Positions 59,124 through 64,000 of a stretch of DNA of 64,000 bases are shown here, piece after piece. The notes below the pieces were generated by a model. The model made no database searches. It saw only the letters and a program-made list of their open reading frames with translations, and was not told where the DNA came from. The position numbers were made by a program, and so were the translations under genes. Position 1 is the stretch's first letter. Every line of letters starts with the position of its first letter. Origin of the DNA: a virus; the IMG/VR virus record IMGVR_UViG_3300009545_000002, positions 9,388-73,387 of that record, one strand, 5' to 3'.

Positions 59124-59335
59124 AGGCCCCTCCCGTTGGTCCAGGGCTTCGAGTCGGGCCGGCACCAGGGGCAGAGGCCGATCTCGTGGCCGTTGCAGCG
59201 CCCGGCCGCGTAGTCGGATCCGCAGTCGACGCAGCGCCAGTAGTGGTACCAGGCCAGGCCGAGCTTGTGCTCACCGATGTGGCGCAGCGCGCCGGTCTTC
59301 GCGGGGCTGGGATCGGGTGTGGGCTGCGCGCTCAT
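59120..59335 (-). CDS. small Zn-finger protein
   Basis: CVDCG and CPWC. Confidence 0.55.
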   Translation of the reverse strand: MSAQPTPDPSPAKTGALRHIGEHKLGLAWYHYWRCVDCGSDYAAGRCNGHEIGLCPWCRPDSKPWTNGRGL

Positions 59336-59640
59336 GACGTCGCTCCTTGCTCGGCCGGATCCTGCGGGCAGATGTCGAGCACGGCGTTCTTCACCAGGGC
59401 GCCGCGCGGGCTCACATGCCAGGTAGCGAGGGCCGTTTCCGTGTGGTCGCCGCCGTTCAGCATGCTCGCGAGGGTCGCCTTGTCGGTCGGGATCTCGACC
59501 AGGTCGACATAGATGTCGCGCCATTGATGGTTGGGGTAGGCCCTGACATGCCGCCGCGCTTCGTCGAACGTCGTCTTGTACGCCGGCCTGCTTCGGATGT
59601 ACTCGTTCGTGACCTTGTAGAACTGCAGACGCGCGCTCAT
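59332..59640 (-). CDS. hypothetical protein
   Basis: ATGA-coupled to ParB gene. Confidence 0.6.
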   Translation of the reverse strand: MSARLQFYKVTNEYIRSRPAYKTTFDEARRHVRAYPNHQWRDIYVDLVEIPTDKATLASMLNGGDHTETALATWHVSPRGALVKNAVLDICPQDPAEQGATS

Positions 59641-60524
59641 AGCAGGGCTCCTTGCGCTGCCGAGTGCTGCAGCGCCTTCTCCATGTGGCCGAGGGCGGTT
59701 CGGATCATCCCGAGCTGCTGCACGATCGTGCTGGCGCGGTTCGGGTTGATCTTCTTGAGGATCACGACCTCGTTGTCGTGGATCCCGTCGTTGCAGGCGC
59801 CGATCAGGCGCTCGATCATTCGCTCGAACTTCGTGAGCGTGGCCAGTTCCTCGTCGGTCGGCGGTGGCGGGAGCTCGAACATCGAGGCTTGCTGCGCTGC
59901 AGCGACCAGGCCATCCGCCGCGGCGCGCAGCTTCGCGTAGGTGTCGCAGCGGCCGGCACGGATCATCTCGAAGAGGACGCGTTGGGCGCCAATCTCGAGG
60001 CGGGATAACTCGAAGGCCTGCGACGGTGCGATCGCACCGCGCTCGAGCAGGTCCTGATAGTCGGGGCGCAGGCGCATCAGCTGCAGCCGATCGGTCACCC
60101 GGTGCGGCTGCTTGATGCCGAGCCGCTGGGCAAGTGTAACCGGGGTGTAACCGGCTTCGATCATGCGCTGAAAGGCGCGGGCTTCTTCGAGCGGCGTGAT
60201 GTCGACGCGCTGGAGGTTCTCCACGATCGCGTTGATCGCGACCGCATCGTCGGTCATCTCGATGACGTTGCACTCGACTTCGGCCAGGCCGGCGAGCTCG
60301 TGGGCGCGCCAGCGGCGCTCGCCGGCGACGATCAGGTAGCGAGCGTCAGCGGCTGGCGTGAAGCGGCCGCCGGCGCCGCGCAGCGGGCTCGTGCGGCGCA
60401 CGGTGATCGGCTGGAGCAGGCCGTTCTGCTTGATCGACTCGGCCAGTTCGGCGAGTGCGACGGGTTCAAACCGCTTGCGCGGCTGGTCCGGGTTGGGCTG
60501 GATCTGAGTGATTGCGATCTTCAT
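59637..60524 (-). CDS. parB: ParB/Spo0J-family protein
   Basis: PNPDQPRKRF, LAESIKQNGLLQPITVR, IVAGERRWRA, ENLQRVDITPLEEA, HTH. Confidence 0.92.
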   Translation of the reverse strand: MKIAITQIQPNPDQPRKRFEPVALAELAESIKQNGLLQPITVRRTSPLRGAGGRFTPAADARYLIVAGERRWRAHELAGLAEVECNVIEMTDDAVAINAIVENLQRVDITPLEEARAFQRMIEAGYTPVTLAQRLGIKQPHRVTDRLQLMRLRPDYQDLLERGAIAPSQAFELSRLEIGAQRVLFEMIRAGRCDTYAKLRAAADGLVAAAQQASMFELPPPPTDEELATLTKFERMIERLIGACNDGIHDNEVVILKKINPNRASTIVQQLGMIRTALGHMEKALQHSAAQGALL

Positions 60525-60560
60525 GGCGGTCCCCTTTCGGAACTGAAGTGCGGGTTGAAA

Positions 60561-60710
60561 TCACCGGGTCGGCTTGGTGGTGCTCGAGGTCGACTGCGCT
60601 TGCGCCTCCGACAGCGTGTTGAAGGCGCTGCATAGCTGCTTGCCGACCGGGGCCAACAGGTTGCAGACCATCACGATGACGGCAACGGTGAGAAGCAGGT
60701 ATGCGCGCAT
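60561..60710 (-). CDS. small membrane/secreted peptide
   Basis: GGAG RBS; MRAYLLLTVAVIVMVCNLL. Confidence 0.45.
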   Translation of the reverse strand: MRAYLLLTVAVIVMVCNLLAPVGKQLCSAFNTLSEAQAQSTSSTTKPTR

Positions 60711-60720
60711 GGCAGGCTCC

Positions 60721-60954
60721 CTAGCAGCGGTCGACGGGCGCGAACATCTGCTGCATCATGTCCATCCACCTGATGTACGAGACCTCGAACTCGTCGGCCG
60801 GGATGCCGGCCTTCTGCGCGGTGCCCTTCATGCCCCAGTCGTAGACCGACTGGCGCAGCGCCGTCAGGCTCTCCGGGCTGATGCGGTCGTGACCGAGGGC
60901 TGAGATCGCCTTCTGGATGACGGCGGTGTGGTCGGGTTGCACGCTGGGGATCAC
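60721..60954 (-). CDS. hypothetical protein
   Basis: GTGA-coupled ORF with AGGAGG RBS. Confidence 0.5.
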   Translation of the reverse strand: MIPSVQPDHTAVIQKAISALGHDRISPESLTALRQSVYDWGMKGTAQKAGIPADEFEVSYIRWMDMMQQMFAPVDRC

Positions 60955-61193
60955 GGCTTCGCCTCCTGGATGAGGATGAAGTAGAGGTCGCCACGCCGGC
61001 GCAGCTTGCGCGCCAGGACCAGGGCGTCCATCACCTGCTCGAACTGGTGGAGCTCGAGCTGGCCCATGCAGGCCGCGTACATCGGGCCCGCCGGGGCGCC
61101 CATCGGGCCGGCCAGGCGGACGGTGTCGATGATCGCGTCGGCCAGCGCGCGGAGCGCCAGGATTGCTCGTTCGGGGGTTGGGGTGGCGCTCAC
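60951..61193 (-). CDS. small winged-helix-like protein
   Basis: GAPAGPMYAACM...LRRRGDLYF. Confidence 0.55.
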   Translation of the reverse strand: MSATPTPERAILALRALADAIIDTVRLAGPMGAPAGPMYAACMGQLELHQFEQVMDALVLARKLRRRGDLYFILIQEAKP

Positions 61194-61573
61194 AGCAGAG
61201 CTCCTTGCGCGGGCGCGGCCGGCGTGATCTCCAGTTCCGGGACAACGATCCCGAGCTCGCGCTCGAACCAGGCGGCGACCAGGCGGCGATGACACCAGTT
61301 CGTTTCGGTGAAGGGCGGCTTCTCGTAGCAGAGGAGCACCGGCTCGGCGCCGCCGGCCATTTCGACCAGCGTCTCGTGAACGACCTTCGGATCGAGCAAC
61401 CCGAGCTGGTCGGCGTAGAGCACTTCGTACTCGGCGCGCGTGACGCTGTTGAACCACGGGCCGGGCGCGAGCACTCTGCAGACGCGGAAGCCCGCCGGCG
61501 TGTTGCGCGGCGGGAACCGTGAAATCGACACTCGGCCCGGGCCGGTGTACGTGAAGAACGATGCGGTTTTCAC
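61190..61573 (-). CDS. DUF488-like protein
   Basis: RVSISRFPP, LAPGPW, VLLCYEKP...CHRRLVAAW. Confidence 0.75.
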   Translation of the reverse strand: MKTASFFTYTGPGRVSISRFPPRNTPAGFRVCRVLAPGPWFNSVTRAEYEVLYADQLGLLDPKVVHETLVEMAGGAEPVLLCYEKPPFTETNWCHRRLVAAWFERELGIVVPELEITPAAPAQGALL

Positions 61574-61590
61574 AGTGGGTTCCTTCTCGG

Positions 61591-62073
61591 TTAAATGAGC
61601 CCGCGTTCTGCGAAGCTCGTTGTCGACTCCACGGCCACGACCACGTGGTCCAGGACGCGGACATCGATAAGGGCCAGGGCGCTCTTCAGCGTCTTGGTCA
61701 GAAACTCGTCGGCCCGTGAGGGCTCGGGCACGCCCGACGGGTGGTTGTGGGCCAGGATGACGCTGCACGCGTTGTGATGCAGCGCGGCCTTCACGATTTC
61801 GCGCGGGTAGACCGACGTCTGGGTGAGCGTGCCGCGGAACATCTCTTCGCAGGCGATCAGCCGGCATTGCGAGTCGAGGAAGAGGACGACGAAAACCTCG
61901 TGCTCGAGCGCACCGATGCGCAGGCGCAGGTAGTTCTTCACGTCCGGCGGGCTGCCCAGCTGGATCGGGTTGTAGCGGGCGCGCTGCTCGAGCACGCGGA
62001 GGGCGTCGGCAATCAAGCGGTCGTCGGCCAGCGTGGCCAGGTCAGGTGCATGTGCGATATTCCGGGCAACCAT
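61591..62073 (-). CDS. radC: RadC-like JAB domain protein
   Basis: [45 protein letters not shown]. Confidence 0.93.
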   Translation of the reverse strand: MVARNIAHAPDLATLADDRLIADALRVLEQRARYNPIQLGSPPDVKNYLRLRIGALEHEVFVVLFLDSQCRLIACEEMFRGTLTQTSVYPREIVKAALHHNACSVILAHNHPSGVPEPSRADEFLTKTLKSALALIDVRVLDHVVVAVESTTSFAERGLI

Positions 62074-62230
62074 GGGGACTCCTTTACAGTCTTCTGTGGC
62101 CAGAGGCCCCGGAACAGTTGGCGCTGCACCGGGGCTTCGTCTTTCAGTATCAGGGTGGGCGAGATACTATTATAGCGGAATACTCGCGAGATATTCGAGT
62201 ATTCGCGTGAATATTATCTCCCGAAAATAC

Positions 62231-62767
62231 TCACTCCTGAATGATTGCGTCGGCCGTGGCGGATGTTTCACGTGAACCGTCGGTCAGCCCCTTAGCAACC
62301 GCGTCGCGGTGCGCTATCAGGCAGCCGTGAACGGTGCGCGCTGTGTTCAGGCAGTTCTGCCAGTGCTGCTGCTCGTCGGGCTTGCTGAAGCGCAGACGCC
62401 GCTCCATCTCTTCGACCTCGGCCGCGTAGAACGAGAGGTCGCGATCAATGATCGACGTGCCGACCGGGTGCGTCTCGATTTCCGCGTGCTCGAAGAAGTG
62501 CTCCAGCGCATACGACCAGGCAGCGAGCTCGCTGTTGGCGGTCTCGCCCGTGTCGATGTCGGTGCGGCCCGGTGGGTTGGTCCAGCTGAACCAGAAGCCG
62601 TCGAGGACCTCGTCGTACTCCGGGCCCTCGCCGTCTTCGATCGGCGGGTCCTGCAGCTTCTTGCCCACTGCGGCGGTGAAATAGCCGTTGCCATGGGTCA
62701 TCGTGTAACCCTTCTTGGTCAGCAGTTCTTCGACCAGGTCGGCCTGGTCGTATGCGTCGTAGCTCAT
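62231..62767 (-). CDS. acidic hypothetical protein
   Basis: GGAG RBS; follows MTase in the same orientation. Confidence 0.6.
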   Translation of the reverse strand: MSYDAYDQADLVEELLTKKGYTMTHGNGYFTAAVGKKLQDPPIEDGEGPEYDEVLDGFWFSWTNPPGRTDIDTGETANSELAAWSYALEHFFEHAEIETHPVGTSIIDRDLSFYAAEVEEMERRLRFSKPDEQQHWQNCLNTARTVHGCLIAHRDAVAKGLTDGSRETSATADAIIQE

Positions 62768-62783
62768 TGCGTTCTCCCGGTGA

Positions 62784-63533
62784 TCAGGCGTAGGCCGTGA
62801 CGATCACGGTGTTGACGCCGGTGCCGGACTCTTTGAACGAGCCCTCCGGCAGCTTCTCGATCTCGCCGCCGCGCCGCTCGATCTCGTCGCGGAACTCGTT
62901 GGTCAGCCGATCGGTGCGGAAAGTGACGCCGGCCGACATGACAGCCACGAGCCGGCCGCCCGGTGCGAGGAAGCGCAGCGCGTGCATCACGTGGCGCACG
63001 TCGGCGCGGGCGGCGAATGGCGGGTTCATGACGATGCGCGCGTACTTCGCTTCGGGCTCGATCAGCAGGAAGTCGGCTTCGATGACCGAGTGAGCAAAGC
63101 CGGCCGCGCGCAGGTCCGCGATGTTGCGCGGCAGCAGCTCGATGCAGTCGACGATCCCGCCAGCGATGCAGGCCTCGCGCGCGATCGACCCTGTGCCGGC
63201 GCTCGGTTCGAGGACCAGCATGCCGGGCTCGATCGAGGCGCGCTGCAGGACTTCGTCGACGACCGCCGCGGGCGTCGGGAAGAAGCCGAACTCCTGCGCG
63301 ACCGACTTGCGCGCGCTGATCTCGCCGGTCAGCAGGATCGGCTCCATGATCTCGGCGGCGTCGCCGTCGAACACGTGGGCCTTGACCTTGCTGATCCACT
63401 TGGCGCCGGCGTCTTGCAGCACCTTGGCGACGCGCACGTAGAGCTTGCGCTCGAGCGGCTGGTCGATGACCAGATGGGCGCCGGACATGCGGCAACCGCT
63501 CAGAGCGGCGAGGACGGTGGTTTCGATTTGCAT
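62784..63533 (-). CDS. DNA N6-adenine methyltransferase-like protein
   Basis: FGFFPTP, VLEPSAGTG (motif I), IVMNPPF (motif IV), FKESGTGVNT. Confidence 0.88.
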   Translation of the reverse strand: MQIETTVLAALSGCRMSGAHLVIDQPLERKLYVRVAKVLQDAGAKWISKVKAHVFDGDAAEIMEPILLTGEISARKSVAQEFGFFPTPAAVVDEVLQRASIEPGMLVLEPSAGTGSIAREACIAGGIVDCIELLPRNIADLRAAGFAHSVIEADFLLIEPEAKYARIVMNPPFAARADVRHVMHALRFLAPGGRLVAVMSAGVTFRTDRLTNEFRDEIERRGGEIEKLPEGSFKESGTGVNTVIVTAYA

Positions 63534-63600
63534 GGTGAACTCCAGATCGGTACGAGGAGGCCAGCAGGGACGGACGCCGCTGCTGGCCTGGTTGGTTGAG

Positions 63601-64000
63601 TCAGGCGACCGTGTCGGCCAGCAGCTTCAGCGCGCTGTTCTTCATGCCCTCACCGGCACCGAACCAGGCCGAGGACAGCCGGGTATCGTCGCCGCCGCGG
63701 GTGTGGTCGACGTACTCGGTGACGGCGTTGAGCAGGCCGAAGGCGGTTCCCTTGGCCTCGGGCAGGTCGGAGCCGATCGCGCCGCCCTGGAACAGGCCCA
63801 TGATTTCACGGTAGGCCTTGCTCTCCTCCACCGACCGCGGGGGCTTGTGGCCTTCCTTGGCGGCCGCCGGCGCCGGCAGCAATGCCTTCAGGAAGGCGCT
63901 GGCGAACGTCTCGTTGACCTGCTGACGCGCGAGCTTGCGGGTGGTGGCCAGGAAGCGCTCCCACTGGTCGAAGACGATGCCCAGGTCAAGGCGCACGTCC
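63601..64000 (-). CDS. DUF932-family protein (5' truncated by window edge)
   Basis: KGTAFGLLNAVTEYVDH...RLSSAWFGAGEGMK. Confidence 0.85.
   Translation of the reverse strand, partial: DVRLDLGIVFDQWERFLATTRKLARQQVNETFASAFLKALLPAPAAAKEGHKPPRSVEESKAYREIMGLFQGGAIGSDLPEAKGTAFGLLNAVTEYVDHTRGGDDTRLSSAWFGAGEGMKNSALKLLADTVA

Overview
The window is a GC-rich stretch of one temperate siphovirus-type phage, probably of a Proteobacterium (inference). It starts inside the HK97-type major capsid gene, and no terminase lies in the window. In order: head/neck genes with an inserted glycosyltransferase/O-methyltransferase trio (1-8.3 kb); tail genes including a -1 frameshift chaperone, tape measure and an elaborate tail-tip/adhesin block (8.4-27.1 kb); lysis (27.3-28.9 kb); a long leftward arm with an initiator tRNA-Met, many small ORFs, tyrosine integrase, a candidate intact attP (tRNA-Leu 3' end), excisionase, ParB-like and RecET genes (28.9-49.2 kb); a rightward Cro/replication/Rha/Q-like arm (49.4-53.9 kb); and repeated promoter-gene-terminator mini-cassettes, an HNH gene and a ParB/DUF488/RadC/MTase/DUF932 module (54-64 kb). 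The standout is 40.7-42.9 kb: a nuclease-less Nop/IS110-C-terminal-like protein flanked on both sides by ~36-nt dual-repeat arrays with variable 8-9 nt spacers (about 35 units). This matches a TIGR-Tas (TasA-type) RNA-guided system. All calls are by eye from motifs and synteny; no searches were run. Some start codons were adjusted from the ORF track using RBS and overlap evidence.
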